A DNA stretch of 52,846 nucleotides from a virus (Duplodnaviria; Caudoviricetes): positions 1 to 52,846 of IMG/VR virus record IMGVR_UViG_3300032083_000594; one strand, written 5' to 3'. Below, in pieces: positions 15,698 through 26,242 of this stretch (position 1 is its first letter; each line of letters starts with the position of its first letter). The notes under the pieces were generated by a model, which had not been told where the DNA came from, ran no database searches, and worked only from the letters and a program-made list of their open reading frames with translations. The position numbers and the translations under genes were made by a program.

Positions 15698-17128
15698 ATG
15701 AATTATAAATTTAAAACAAAACCATATAAGCATCAAATGCTTGCTTTAGAAAAGTCATGGAATAAAGAAACATACGCGTACTTTATGGAGATGGGTACAG
15801 GTAAAACAAAAGTATTAATTGACAACATGGCTATGTTGTATGACAAAGGTAAAATTGATGGTGCTTTAATTATAGCTCCCAAAGGTGTTATAAAAACCTG
15901 GTACGAGCAAGAGCTTCCTACACACTTAGTAGACCACATAGAAAATGTGACCGTATTGTGGCAACCTAATATTACAAAAGGACAACAAGAAAAACTAGAA
16001 AGTTTATTTGAAATAGAAACAGCTTTACATATTTTAGTTATGAACGTTGAAGCATTTAGCACAGAAAAAGGTATGAAGTTTGCATCTAAATTTTTAAACT
16101 CACATAAAACTTTAATGGCTATTGATGAGTCTACAACAATTAAAACACCAACTGCAAAACGTACAAAAAATATTATTAGTTTAAGTAAGTTTGCTAAATA
16201 CAAACGTATTATGACAGGTTCTCCTGTAACTAAAAACCCACTTGATTTATATACACAATGTGAATTTTTAGATCCATACTTATTAGATCATGCATCGTAT
16301 TATTCTTTTAGAAATAGATACGCTGTAATGAAGTCTATGCATGTAAGAGGTAGAACAATACAAGTCGTACATGCTTTTCAAAATCTTGCAGAGCTATCTG
16401 ATAAATTACATGGGTTTTCTTACAGAGTATTAAAAGAAGATTGTTTAGATTTACCACCTAAAAATTTTACAAAAAGACATATTATTCTTACAGGTGAGCA
16501 AAGAAAAATTTATGATCAAATGAAAAAAACAGCACTTGCTACACTTAATGGTAAAGTCACATCTACTGTAACTGTGTTGACTCAGCTTATGAGAATGCAT
16601 CAAATAACTTGTGGACATTTTACTGCTGATGATGGATCTACACAATTAATACCAAATAATAGAATTACAGAACTAATGAATGTATTAGAAGAGACTGAAG
16701 GCAAAGCTATTATTTGGGCTAACTATCAAAGAGATATTACAAATATAATAGAAAGCATTGTAAAAGTTTATGGTCCGGGGTCCGTGGTCGATTATTATGG
16801 ATTAACGCCACAAGAGGAACGACAAGATAATATACGTAAATTTCAGTCCGACCCTAAGTGCCGGTTTATTGTTGGAACCCCCTCTACGGGCGGCTATGGG
16901 ATAACTTTAACAACTGCAAACACCGTAATTTACTATTCTAACGGATATGACCTTGAGAAGCGTTTACAGTCAGAGGACCGTGCGCACAGAATAGGACAAA
17001 CAAAATCGGTAACATATGTCGACATTATATGTGAAGATACGGTTGATGAAAAGATAACAAAAGCATTACGTAAAAAAATAAATATAGCATCTGAAGTATT
17101 AGGGGAGGAGTTAAAAGAATGGATATAA
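15698..17128 (+). CDS. SNF2-like SF2 helicase
   Basis: EMGTGKT, IDES, MTGSP, GGYGITL and QSEDRAHRIGQ motifs. Confidence 0.9.
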   Translation: MNYKFKTKPYKHQMLALEKSWNKETYAYFMEMGTGKTKVLIDNMAMLYDKGKIDGALIIAPKGVIKTWYEQELPTHLVDHIENVTVLWQPNITKGQQEKLESLFEIETALHILVMNVEAFSTEKGMKFASKFLNSHKTLMAIDESTTIKTPTAKRTKNIISLSKFAKYKRIMTGSPVTKNPLDLYTQCEFLDPYLLDHASYYSFRNRYAVMKSMHVRGRTIQVVHAFQNLAELSDKLHGFSYRVLKEDCLDLPPKNFTKRHIILTGEQRKIYDQMKKTALATLNGKVTSTVTVLTQLMRMHQITCGHFTADDGSTQLIPNNRITELMNVLEETEGKAIIWANYQRDITNIIESIVKVYGPGSVVDYYGLTPQEERQDNIRKFQSDPKCRFIVGTPSTGGYGITLTTANTVIYYSNGYDLEKRLQSEDRAHRIGQTKSVTYVDIICEDTVDEKITKALRKKINIASEVLGEELKEWI

Positions 17129-17601
17129 AAGTACATGAAAATTTTATGAATCATTTTTTATTTTTAAAATTAAAAGAAACTATGAATAATGCATACTTTC
17201 CTTGGTTTAAAAGTCGTATTGTACCAGAAATTGAAGATATTCAATTAATTCATACTTTTTTTGAGTTTGATAAAATTAATTCTGAGTATTTTGAATTATT
17301 AAATTCTTGTATAAAATCTTTAGAAGTAAAAAAATTAATAAGAGTGAAAGCTAATTTAGTTTTAAGAACTCCTGAAATACAAGAACATGGTTTTCATATT
17401 GATAACGACACATATAAAAAATTTAGAACTGCCGTATTCTATATAAATTCTAATAATGGTTATACTCGTTTTGAAAAAAAAAATAAAAAAATTAAAAGTG
17501 AAGAAAATAAATTAGTAGATTTTAATGGTTATTTACGACATACAGGAACCAGTTGTACAGATGCTCCGTATAGAATAGTGATTAATTTTGTTTATATTTA
17601 A
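17119..17601 (+). CDS. 2OG-Fe(II) oxygenase-family protein
   Basis: HxD (FHID), distal H (RHTG) and R-x-V-I-N motifs; very AT-rich. Confidence 0.7.
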   Translation: MDIKVHENFMNHFLFLKLKETMNNAYFPWFKSRIVPEIEDIQLIHTFFEFDKINSEYFELLNSCIKSLEVKKLIRVKANLVLRTPEIQEHGFHIDNDTYKKFRTAVFYINSNNGYTRFEKKNKKIKSEENKLVDFNGYLRHTGTSCTDAPYRIVINFVYI

Positions 17602-18077
17602 ACAAATATTTCTTTTGCTTTACCTAATATAGGTTTGTATTTTGTTTTACCTTCTGATCTGTATGCGTGTAAAAATTGTTTTCTATCCATGCCTTCTGTT
17701 ACGCTACAGTGGATCCAGCCCGAGTTGGGTTCGCCGGGCGTGTAGTATTCGAGGATCAATTGATCCCATTCTAATTCTCTATGTATCCAGTCTGCAAGTT
17801 CAGCATTGTCTACTCCAACACATTCGAAGTCTGCCGCTTCAGCTTTTGCATGCTGCGAATTAATCGAGCTGCCAATGGCTTGGCACAGCTCTGGGCTACG
17901 GAAACCGCTGGTCACCTTTACCCTGCCGAAGTGGTCACGTACTGGCTGTAAAATTTTTTCACACAACACTTTTAGTTTTTCTATTTGTTCTGCATTAGGG
18001 TTATTATTAATCCCTTTACGGATTGCTGTGTCCGATTTGGTTAACTCTTCTAAAGTAAAATTACGTGTAAGTTCCAT
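17598..18077 (-). CDS. endolysin, peptidase M15 family
   Basis: SGFRS, SQH-x(6)-D, WIH; true start MELTRNF at a TAATG overlap (18077). Confidence 0.85.
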   Translation of the reverse strand: MELTRNFTLEELTKSDTAIRKGINNNPNAEQIEKLKVLCEKILQPVRDHFGRVKVTSGFRSPELCQAIGSSINSQHAKAEAADFECVGVDNAELADWIHRELEWDQLILEYYTPGEPNSGWIHCSVTEGMDRKQFLHAYRSEGKTKYKPILGKAKEIFV

Positions 18078-18256
18078 TATTTTGTAATATCTGTAAGTAA
18101 AATTAAAAGTACGGCTCCCATTCCTCCGACTATCCAATACTCTACTCTCTTAATTCGTTCTTGCATTTCTTTTATCTGCTCAAACGTTTGCTTTTGCATA
18201 ATTCTGCAAAGCTTTTCATGAGATTCAATTTTTTGTAATGCTGATTTTTTTGCCAT
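18077..18256 (-). CDS. small coiled-coil protein with C-terminal TM (XhlA/holin-like, 59 aa, not in track)
   Basis: MAKKSALQKIESHEKLC...RVEYWIVGGMGAVLLILL; directly upstream of the endolysin, TAATG-coupled. Confidence 0.6.
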   Translation of the reverse strand: MAKKSALQKIESHEKLCRIMQKQTFEQIKEMQERIKRVEYWIVGGMGAVLLILLTDITK

Positions 18257-18426
18257 TACTTACTTGGGTTACCGTATTTATTAAACTTACCTGTTTTAAT
18301 TTTTTCTTTTGCTTTTTTTTTTAATTGTTTTTCAAAAGCAGTCATAGACTCATCAAATAATTGTTTTTGAGTTTTAGGTCCAAATTTTTTCATAACTGCA
18401 CCCATGCCCTTAGTTATAATTCCCAT
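18256..18426 (-). CDS. small basic protein (56 aa, not in track)
   Basis: MGIITKGMGAVMKKFGPKTQKQLF...; TAATG-coupled at both ends. Confidence 0.65.
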   Translation of the reverse strand: MGIITKGMGAVMKKFGPKTQKQLFDESMTAFEKQLKKKAKEKIKTGKFNKYGNPSK

Positions 18427-21400
18427 TACGTTGTTCTCCTTAACCTTTGTCTGATTACTTGTTCTTCTGGGGATAGTAATGCAGTTTCAGTTGATGTCAA
18501 GTTTGTTGTAGGATCAATATTTTGCACATTTGCTTGTGTATTTACAGTTGGTTGTGGTAAATTTGGTAGCGGTGGTGTTTTAATACTATCAAATGAAAAA
18601 TCATTTAAATCAATATCAAACGTATCATCTAAACTTAAAAATTTCATTTGTGTTCTCATTGCTCTTAACGTTGGTCTTACGGCAATAAATGGATTAGCTG
18701 ATCCTAAATTTTTTGAAATTTCTTTAAATCTATCTTGTATATCTTTTGATGGAAAGTATGGTTCATATTTACCTCTACTTAAATTATTAAAAGTTTCTGT
18801 TGATAATTGTCTATCTTCAAACTCTCTTCTTAATAAAGAAGAACTTGTTCCTAATGTTTGAGCTGCATTAATGTCTTTATTCATTTCTTTCATAACATTA
18901 AATCTTGCTTTGTTTGACTCATAGTACCTTGTAATAATATCATTAGGATCAATTGGTCCACCTCTTAACAATCCAAAGAAACCACCAGTAAACTCTCTTC
19001 GTGCATTTCTTATACCTCTTTGATACTCTGCAATTTTAAATCCCATAGCATCTAATGGTTCTACTTCTATTGGTCTAAACCCTGCAAACCCTGCAACTTG
19101 ATCTCCTAGTTCTAAAATTTTTCCAGACTTATTTGGTTTTTCTAAAGCTGCCTGACCTATTCTTATATATTGTTTGTAAGATGGTAATAATGCGTTCATC
19201 AAATGTATAAATTTAATTTTCATTCTATCACCGATTGGTGTTTGATCAGTGTATAAAACTCTACCATCTCTAGTTCTACCACCTCTGCCTGGTAGCAATG
19301 GATATAAGCTTATATCTGCTGAAGCTTCTGTCCAAATAGATTCATCAATAAATGGCGCAGCTACTTCTCTCACAGCTTCTTCTACACCATTAACAAATCC
19401 TTTTAATATTGTGTCACCATCGTTTGTGGCTGCCATTATTTCATTAGCCATTGTTCTGTACGGTCTAGCAATTAAATCGTATGCATTGCTGTGACTAAAA
19501 TCTACATATTTTAATTTACCATCATCACCACGTACTGGGACTAATGTAGAATTTTTTGACCAATCAGGAACAAATCTACGTAAAGCTTGTAGTTCATCTT
19601 CAGTAACATCATATAATGCTTTAGCTCCCTCAACAAACATCGTCGGCACAGCTGTTAACGTAAAAGCCATACCAGTAGCCCTTTTTACACCTATTGAATA
19701 CATAGGATTATTATTTTTAACAAAACCTTTACCTTCAATATAAACCACAGGTGCAATGTCCGTTCCTCTAATTATTTCTCCTGGACCAGGTAAATGTTTT
19801 AATTCTTTCATAGCTTGTCCACCGATGTTAGTAGTTGTTCTAATCATCTCTGACGGAAATGACATAAAGTTACCCACCGGTAATACTCTGGCTGTTCTTA
19901 CAACATCTCCAACAAAGTTATAGTTAGGTACAGTATTTTTAACTATGTCTGCTGCTTCTTTTTTTAATTCATCAATAGGTTTTTTAATATTTGCAGCTCT
20001 GTATGCTGCATCTCTTCTGTTTAATTCAACAAAGTAATTTGTAATTTTCCAAAAGTCATCTTCTGCAACATATTTACCTTGTAAGTATTCAGGTATTTTT
20101 TTAAGTTTTGTTAACATAGGATTAACAACTTTATCTAAATCCATGATACTGTCACCAAAGTTTACATCTCTCATTAGATTTCTTAGATCTCCTATTTGTA
20201 CTTGTGAGTTTACAACACCAAGTTCTAATAGCTCTCTATATGCTTTTTCAAAATCTGCATCTTTAAATCTAGTATTTTTTAAATTAGCTACGCCAGATAT
20301 TTGCCAACCTTTTCTAAAAGATTGTCCTAATAATCTAGGGTTAACTAAACCTTCAGTTAATATACCATTAGCTGCAGCAAATGCTCCTGCACTTATTATG
20401 TTACGTAAGTGTGTTGGTATAGACAAAACTGTTTTTGCTAACTGTGCTGTTGCTTTTGGAAACAATAAAAGATTTCTGTAAAGAAATGATGCACCCTTTT
20501 CTGCAGATGTTGCACCTTCTCTCCCTCTTACTGCTGCTGTAAAAAATCCTTCTGTAAGTCCATTTGCTCTTGCTAAACCGTCAGCTATATCTTCTGTAGT
20601 GTATTTTGCACCAAGAGGATTACTTATTCTACCAGCTCTAAAGTCTGCAAGTCCTGATAATTTGTTATCTAGTTTTACTATCTTTACTACATTGTTTGTT
20701 GCATTCTCTGCTTCTTTTCTTGAATTCCAAAATGATCCTCTGCCACCAGCTGCTTGTGTAGCAGCATTAGTATCAAACATCTCTTTGTACATAGCACTAG
20801 TTCTTGCCATACCTGATAATTCTGCAATAGCATTAAACACAGAATATCTTGGATCTTTCATTTCACCCATTAATTTTCTAATTACAGCAGGAGGTGCTCC
20901 TGTTTTTTCTATAAATCTTTTTACAAATTTTTCTCCAGGTAAATCTTCTAATGTTTTTGCAACATAGTTTGGATCTGCTAAACCTTTTTTAGATTTAGCT
21001 GCTTTAAGACCGTCTTCTATTATTCTATCTACAATATCTTTTGCATCTTCATAATACTTTGCGCTGTTTGGATCAAATGTAGCATCTTTATTAGTCTGTG
21101 CAATTTGTCTTCTAAAAAAAGCTATGGCACCTTGTATAGAATCATCTGTAGGTTTATATCTTCCAAGCATTCCTAACACTGGTTTAGTTTCAAATATTTT
21201 ATAAGTATTTCCAACTAATCCTTTTATTCGTTCTTGTAATATATCTTTTAATTCTTTTGGATTATATTTTCCTGTGGTATCAATTAAATTACCTATTGTT
21301 AATCTTGCTTCATCAATAGTTTTAGTAAGTTCAGTAACAACTGAATCAGCAACATTTTTCTTTTTTAATGAATTAACAAACGCTTCTGTTTTTTTAGGAT

Positions 21401-22361
21401 CAGATATTTTAGTTAAATCACCATCTAATATTAAATCATTTATTTCTTTGTAAAAAGCATCTTTTTCTTTATTTGTTAATGATCTATCCAATGCATCTTG
21501 CATTTGTGGAAATGCTCTTGACATTGATCTATCTAAATTTTTTACAAGTTCAGTTGCTCTATTTAAATCTGCAGATCTAAACCCTTCCATAACTTTTTGT
21601 GAACCAAATATAGACTTGGTTAATGGTCCCTCGGGCGTGAATGCTTCTGCAACTTTATTAAAAAATCTATCTAGTTTAGAATTACTATATGCAAGTTCTT
21701 TTCCTTTTGTTGCAATAGCTTTTGCTCCTTTACCAATACCAGCTGCAAAAGGTGTCAGTAATACTGCTTCACTACCAAACTTTAATCTGTTCATTAGTTT
21801 TCTAGTAGCATCTTGTCGACCACCATCTAATGCAAACACATCTAATTGTGTTGGACCTCTATCAAATATATCTCCAAAACTTCCGATCTCTTCAACGTCA
21901 GCAACAAATGCTTCTCCGGCTGCACCACCTACAGCTCCTACTGCAAATCTTGGCACACCAGATTCTTTATTTAATTTATCTGCTATTTGTTTTTGTTTTG
22001 CTAAATTTTTAGAACCAGCACTAACTAATTTACCAGCTTTTTTTGCTTCAAAATATCTGTTATATAATTTTGTACCTAATTTAAAACCAGCACCACCTGG
22101 TACACCAATTTGTACTAATGCTTGTGTTAATTTACCAACACCTGTTTGTTCTGCTATTTCTTCTAATGGATTTAATTTATCGAAAAATATTTCTACTTGT
22201 GCTGCTGTGTTTGTATCTAAACCTAAATCAACTAATTCTGCGCCTAATGAAAAAGCTCCTTCAACAACTTTAATACCACCAGATACTATACCTGCTAAAC
22301 CAGAAGTATACCAAGATACTTCATTATTTTGCTCTGCTGGAATTAGTGGTTGTAGAGCCAT
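18426..22361 (-). CDS. large internal virion/ejection protein
   Basis: 1311 aa, mostly helical, last large gene of the morphogenesis operon; position typical of podovirus ejectosome proteins. Confidence 0.6.
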   Translation of the reverse strand: MALQPLIPAEQNNEVSWYTSGLAGIVSGGIKVVEGAFSLGAELVDLGLDTNTAAQVEIFFDKLNPLEEIAEQTGVGKLTQALVQIGVPGGAGFKLGTKLYNRYFEAKKAGKLVSAGSKNLAKQKQIADKLNKESGVPRFAVGAVGGAAGEAFVADVEEIGSFGDIFDRGPTQLDVFALDGGRQDATRKLMNRLKFGSEAVLLTPFAAGIGKGAKAIATKGKELAYSNSKLDRFFNKVAEAFTPEGPLTKSIFGSQKVMEGFRSADLNRATELVKNLDRSMSRAFPQMQDALDRSLTNKEKDAFYKEINDLILDGDLTKISDPKKTEAFVNSLKKKNVADSVVTELTKTIDEARLTIGNLIDTTGKYNPKELKDILQERIKGLVGNTYKIFETKPVLGMLGRYKPTDDSIQGAIAFFRRQIAQTNKDATFDPNSAKYYEDAKDIVDRIIEDGLKAAKSKKGLADPNYVAKTLEDLPGEKFVKRFIEKTGAPPAVIRKLMGEMKDPRYSVFNAIAELSGMARTSAMYKEMFDTNAATQAAGGRGSFWNSRKEAENATNNVVKIVKLDNKLSGLADFRAGRISNPLGAKYTTEDIADGLARANGLTEGFFTAAVRGREGATSAEKGASFLYRNLLLFPKATAQLAKTVLSIPTHLRNIISAGAFAAANGILTEGLVNPRLLGQSFRKGWQISGVANLKNTRFKDADFEKAYRELLELGVVNSQVQIGDLRNLMRDVNFGDSIMDLDKVVNPMLTKLKKIPEYLQGKYVAEDDFWKITNYFVELNRRDAAYRAANIKKPIDELKKEAADIVKNTVPNYNFVGDVVRTARVLPVGNFMSFPSEMIRTTTNIGGQAMKELKHLPGPGEIIRGTDIAPVVYIEGKGFVKNNNPMYSIGVKRATGMAFTLTAVPTMFVEGAKALYDVTEDELQALRRFVPDWSKNSTLVPVRGDDGKLKYVDFSHSNAYDLIARPYRTMANEIMAATNDGDTILKGFVNGVEEAVREVAAPFIDESIWTEASADISLYPLLPGRGGRTRDGRVLYTDQTPIGDRMKIKFIHLMNALLPSYKQYIRIGQAALEKPNKSGKILELGDQVAGFAGFRPIEVEPLDAMGFKIAEYQRGIRNARREFTGGFFGLLRGGPIDPNDIITRYYESNKARFNVMKEMNKDINAAQTLGTSSSLLRREFEDRQLSTETFNNLSRGKYEPYFPSKDIQDRFKEISKNLGSANPFIAVRPTLRAMRTQMKFLSLDDTFDIDLNDFSFDSIKTPPLPNLPQPTVNTQANVQNIDPTTNLTSTETALLSPEEQVIRQRLRRTT

Positions 22362-22369
22362 TTATACTC

Positions 22370-23161
22370 CTACGCCCCACCAACATCTTCTATATTAGGT
22401 GAAAAAGGATCTATTACCTCTATTTTTTTCTGTTCTGTTGTGGCTGTTAAATCTGGAAATTTAATTTCTCCTATTGAATTAAACTCATCAAAATATACTT
22501 CACCATCTTTAACAACTATGTATTTATAGTTATCTTCATATGGGTCATAAACAACTTTACCATCTAAATTTTTACGAATTTGTTTTTGATTGTTAGGATC
22601 TCTAATATCAAACGTTAAAACACCACCATATCTAGTTCCAGTAACCGCACTTCTTAACGTGTCTGCATTTTGTGTAGAAAATAAAGCTGCTCTTTCAGCG
22701 ACTTGTGGTGGTAAGTCGTCTTCAATGTATTGTTCTAGCATTACATTGTACAATGCATCATTTGTTTTATTTCCTGCTATTCTTTCATCAGAAGCTATTT
22801 TTGTTTTTAATCTGTCCATAGCAGATTCATCGCCAGCTATTCTTTCACCTCTTAAAAAATCTCTTTCACCTTGTTGTTCTCTAGCCCTTGCTTGACTTAC
22901 TTGTAATTGATTAAATGGATCTCTTGCAGCTGTTGCAGCTGTTTGAAATATATTACCTTGTGGTGGCGTTGCTAAAAGATTTAAACCAAAGCTAGTTAAA
23001 AAACCTGGTAAACCTTCTGTTTGAAACGTTGGCATTGATCCTTGTTGATAACCTGTTCTACCACCATTAGCCATTTTTTGTGGTTGATCTAGTCCTGATG
23101 TAATACCAGTACCAGCTGATCCACCTATTCTAAACATTGGTCTTTTTAAAGTTCTATTCAT
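22370..23161 (-). CDS. putative internal virion protein
   Basis: MANGGRTGY tag; GLNLLA amphipathic segment; position in the ejection cluster. Confidence 0.55.
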   Translation of the reverse strand: MNRTLKRPMFRIGGSAGTGITSGLDQPQKMANGGRTGYQQGSMPTFQTEGLPGFLTSFGLNLLATPPQGNIFQTAATAARDPFNQLQVSQARAREQQGERDFLRGERIAGDESAMDRLKTKIASDERIAGNKTNDALYNVMLEQYIEDDLPPQVAERAALFSTQNADTLRSAVTGTRYGGVLTFDIRDPNNQKQIRKNLDGKVVYDPYEDNYKYIVVKDGEVYFDEFNSIGEIKFPDLTATTEQKKIEVIDPFSPNIEDVGGA

Positions 23162-24312
23162 TATTTTCTTGGCACCCCTAGTAAAGAAAAATCCCTAGCT
23201 CCTTGTCCTAAAGCTCCATATACACCAGCAAGTGTTGTACCAACACCTAATGCAGTTTGTAATGGTGTAGGGTTAGGTATGTTTGTTGTTTGTGTTTGAC
23301 CAGGATATCCACCCATGATTCCTGTTACTTGACCAGCAAATCTATCTAACTGTTCTTGTGGTAAGAATGTTGCTTGTCTTGCTGCCTCTCTTGTTGCATC
23401 AAGTTGTGCTTGTTGTTGCGCCTGGTTCAGTGCGCCCAACTGACCTAAACGTGAAATATCTGTACCTGTTGCTTGTTGTTGTACTTGTCCAAGTTGTGCT
23501 TGTTGTCCAGCTAATCCAGATTGAAATGCACCTAAACCTTGTGTTGCTCCTGCAAACCCTGCTCTTTGTCCAGCAAGTCCTGATTGTGCTTGACTTATAC
23601 CAAATCTATTTGCAATATCTTGTTGTCTAGCTTGTTGCGCTTGACCAAAACCTTGTTGCAAGAGACCGGCTTGTAATAACGCTCGTTCTCTCGCAGCCCC
23701 TGTGCCAAACTCTGCGAGTTGCACTCCCGCTCGACCACTGCCGAGCGCACCCAAAGCTGCCTGCTGATCTCTGATAGACTGTTCTTGTATAGCCTTGTTC
23801 CGATCAAATTCTGAAAGTGTTGCATCAATTACTTGTGATTGATAAGGGGACATAAAATCTTGTACACCTTGTTGAAAAGATGTTGCTCCAGTTCCAATTC
23901 CGCCTAATGTTGTTCCAGCACCAGTTAGTTCTGTTCCTGCAGTTCCTAATTGTCCTAATGCTTGAGTTCCTAGACCAGCAGCTAATGTTGCTTGTGTTTG
24001 TGCTTGTTGTAAAAACGGTTGAAAAGATCCTACACCTTGTTGAGCTAGTGTTTGTGCTTGTGTTTGTAATGCATCTTGACCTGCTACTTGTGGTGCAAGT
24101 CCTGATAAACTTTGTTGTCTTGTTGTAAATTGTTGAGCAGCACTTTGTCTTGCTGCAAAATCACCTGCTGATTCACCAGGTTGTTGTGATATACCAGCAA
24201 GTCCTGTTGATACAACAGGTACACCTGATTGTGCTACTACTTGTTTTGCTAAATCTTGTCCTAGATCTTGAACAAATTGTGCAGGTAAAACTTGTGATTG
24301 TTGAATAGCCAT
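23161..24312 (-). CDS. Gln/Gly/Ala-rich DNA-injection (pilot) protein
   Basis: FMSPYQSQVI, ALGSGR, Q-rich coiled coil, C-terminal hydrophobic GVGTTLAGVYG. Confidence 0.6.
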   Translation of the reverse strand: MAIQQSQVLPAQFVQDLGQDLAKQVVAQSGVPVVSTGLAGISQQPGESAGDFAARQSAAQQFTTRQQSLSGLAPQVAGQDALQTQAQTLAQQGVGSFQPFLQQAQTQATLAAGLGTQALGQLGTAGTELTGAGTTLGGIGTGATSFQQGVQDFMSPYQSQVIDATLSEFDRNKAIQEQSIRDQQAALGALGSGRAGVQLAEFGTGAARERALLQAGLLQQGFGQAQQARQQDIANRFGISQAQSGLAGQRAGFAGATQGLGAFQSGLAGQQAQLGQVQQQATGTDISRLGQLGALNQAQQQAQLDATREAARQATFLPQEQLDRFAGQVTGIMGGYPGQTQTTNIPNPTPLQTALGVGTTLAGVYGALGQGARDFSLLGVPRK

Positions 24313-25712
24313 TATAATACTTCCTCTAGTCTTTGTGATGTTTGAAACATTTTACGTGCGCCTTCTAATCCTTGCGATTCCTCTGATACTTCACCTCCGG
24401 ATTCGAGGTTCTTCATCATGTTATACATAACTTCTGCACCTTTGTCTACATCTCCTTCACCTGCATTTCTAACAGCATCAGCTGTAAATACAAACTCATT
24501 CTTTGATAATCTTGCAGGTACGTCATCTGCTTTTTCCATACGTCCTATTGGAACGAATCCACCTTCAGCTCTTAAATCCATTTCTTTACCATCCATATCT
24601 AATAGTGGCATTGTTTTTTTTGCAACCGGTTCGTTCATAGATCCACCTTCAGCTTTAAATCTTCTTGCTAAATATTCATCAGGATTAGCTCTAATAGTTT
24701 CTATAGGTATTCCTGTTTCATCTGAAATTTGTTGTGCCTCTGCCTCTTGTTCAGGTGTTAAAGCACCTGCTATTGTTGATGCAAGAGTAATACCACCCGT
24801 TACAGTTGGCATTAAAGATCCACCACCTTTTGTTAAACCTAATGCAGGAAGTATACCTTCCTTAAAAGGAACAAATGCTTCACCCACTTTTGATCCTGCT
24901 TGACCAAGTAATGTTCCTCTTAAACCACTAAGTCCACCAAATTGTGTAGCTCCTAAATATCCTAATCCACCTAATAATGCAGTCCTACCTAATGGTGACT
25001 TTGCAATCTTCTTGACTGTTCTTCCAACTTTCTTAACAAGTTTACCTAAAAAATATTGTTGTCTTCCTGTTTCAAGGTCCATGATCCCACCTTCGTAAGG
25101 CATGCCACCTCCTGCTAGTCCTGCTCTACCACCTTCTGCTGCATACCTAAGTCTTAAACCTTCTAAACTTTCTAAATCTTCAGTATCTTGTTCTGGTTCT
25201 TGTGCCATGATGCTTGGTGCTTGAGCTACCATTGGTGATAAAATTATTTCTGGCCCTTCTGGATTACCGCCCACGTTATCATCTTCATCGTTATCATCCA
25301 TTAAAGTAACCGTACGTGTTTTTTTTGGTCCAAAAATACCTCTTGCTACTACTGTACCTAAAGTTGTTGGAATATCCAAAACCTTTGCTATTCCAAGACC
25401 GACTGTGTTTACAATTGGATTAAATTTATCAAGGAAGTTAAAAGAGCTAGATTTATAAGCATCAGGATTTTTTTCAAAATTTTTTTCAAAATCTTTTTGT
25501 CTGTCTGTTTGAATTCTACTTCTAGTTAAACCAGATGATGTCACAAAATCTCTTCCAGAGTCCCGTTGTGTTGCACCACCACCTGGAGGTCCACCATAAG
25601 CACCTGTACCTTTAGCTTCATCTCCACGATCTTGTGGACCACCAGATCTAAGTCCTATTCGTCCACCGTTTGCTAATAATTGTTTTGCGATTTGAGTTCT
25701 AGTTATGGCCAT
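24312..25712 (-). CDS. internal virion protein with a lambda gpH C-terminus-like domain
   Basis: Five AxGG-type motifs; DDVPARLSKNEFVFTADAV. Confidence 0.6.
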   Translation of the reverse strand: MAITRTQIAKQLLANGGRIGLRSGGPQDRGDEAKGTGAYGGPPGGGATQRDSGRDFVTSSGLTRSRIQTDRQKDFEKNFEKNPDAYKSSSFNFLDKFNPIVNTVGLGIAKVLDIPTTLGTVVARGIFGPKKTRTVTLMDDNDEDDNVGGNPEGPEIILSPMVAQAPSIMAQEPEQDTEDLESLEGLRLRYAAEGGRAGLAGGGMPYEGGIMDLETGRQQYFLGKLVKKVGRTVKKIAKSPLGRTALLGGLGYLGATQFGGLSGLRGTLLGQAGSKVGEAFVPFKEGILPALGLTKGGGSLMPTVTGGITLASTIAGALTPEQEAEAQQISDETGIPIETIRANPDEYLARRFKAEGGSMNEPVAKKTMPLLDMDGKEMDLRAEGGFVPIGRMEKADDVPARLSKNEFVFTADAVRNAGEGDVDKGAEVMYNMMKNLESGGEVSEESQGLEGARKMFQTSQRLEEVL

Positions 25713-25721
25713 CTTACTATT

Positions 25722-25901
25722 CTATTTTGTTTCTCCAAATAAATCAAGGCTTGGCATCACTAAAGTAACATCTTTTCTGATATCATCTGGTGAGATACCT
25801 TTAGCTTTCCATTCATTATCATCTTTATATTGTTCGCCTGTCTTTTTGTTTGTTATTTTTTCTATTATTTTATCAGGTGTTATTGTTGGTAAATCAGTCA
25901 T
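25722..25901 (-). CDS. small hypothetical protein (59 aa, not in track)
   Basis: MTDLPTITPDKIIEKITNKKTGEQY...; TAATG-coupled. Confidence 0.6.
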   Translation of the reverse strand: MTDLPTITPDKIIEKITNKKTGEQYKDDNEWKAKGISPDDIRKDVTLVMPSLDLFGETK

Positions 25902-26242
25902 TATGTTGTTACCTCTCGTGGCTGTATTTCTAATATTGAAGCTATAACGTGCAGCTCATTCGCTTCAGCAGCTTGTACTTTTAACACTTCACTTTCTTCC
26001 ATAATTAAAGGCTGTGTTAAAAGTTCTGTTGTTGCTTTAGACCCTATTGCTTTATCTTTAAATAAATTAAAGATAGTGCCACTAGCATTTACTAGGGTTA
26101 TTGTTATTGTAGTTCCTGATCCAGCATCCTCAGATACTATTAATGATCTTATAACAGATGACTTAAAACTAGGCACTGTATACAATGTTGTTAAATCTGT
26201 TGTAGTTAAATCTACTTTTTTATTTATAAAACTATTTGCCAT
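25901..26242 (-). CDS. putative virion structural protein
   Basis: 113 aa beta-rich ORF (TTLYTVP...) in the tail operon. Confidence 0.65.
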   Translation of the reverse strand: MANSFINKKVDLTTTDLTTLYTVPSFKSSVIRSLIVSEDAGSGTTITITLVNASGTIFNLFKDKAIGSKATTELLTQPLIMEESEVLKVQAAEANELHVIASILEIQPREVTT

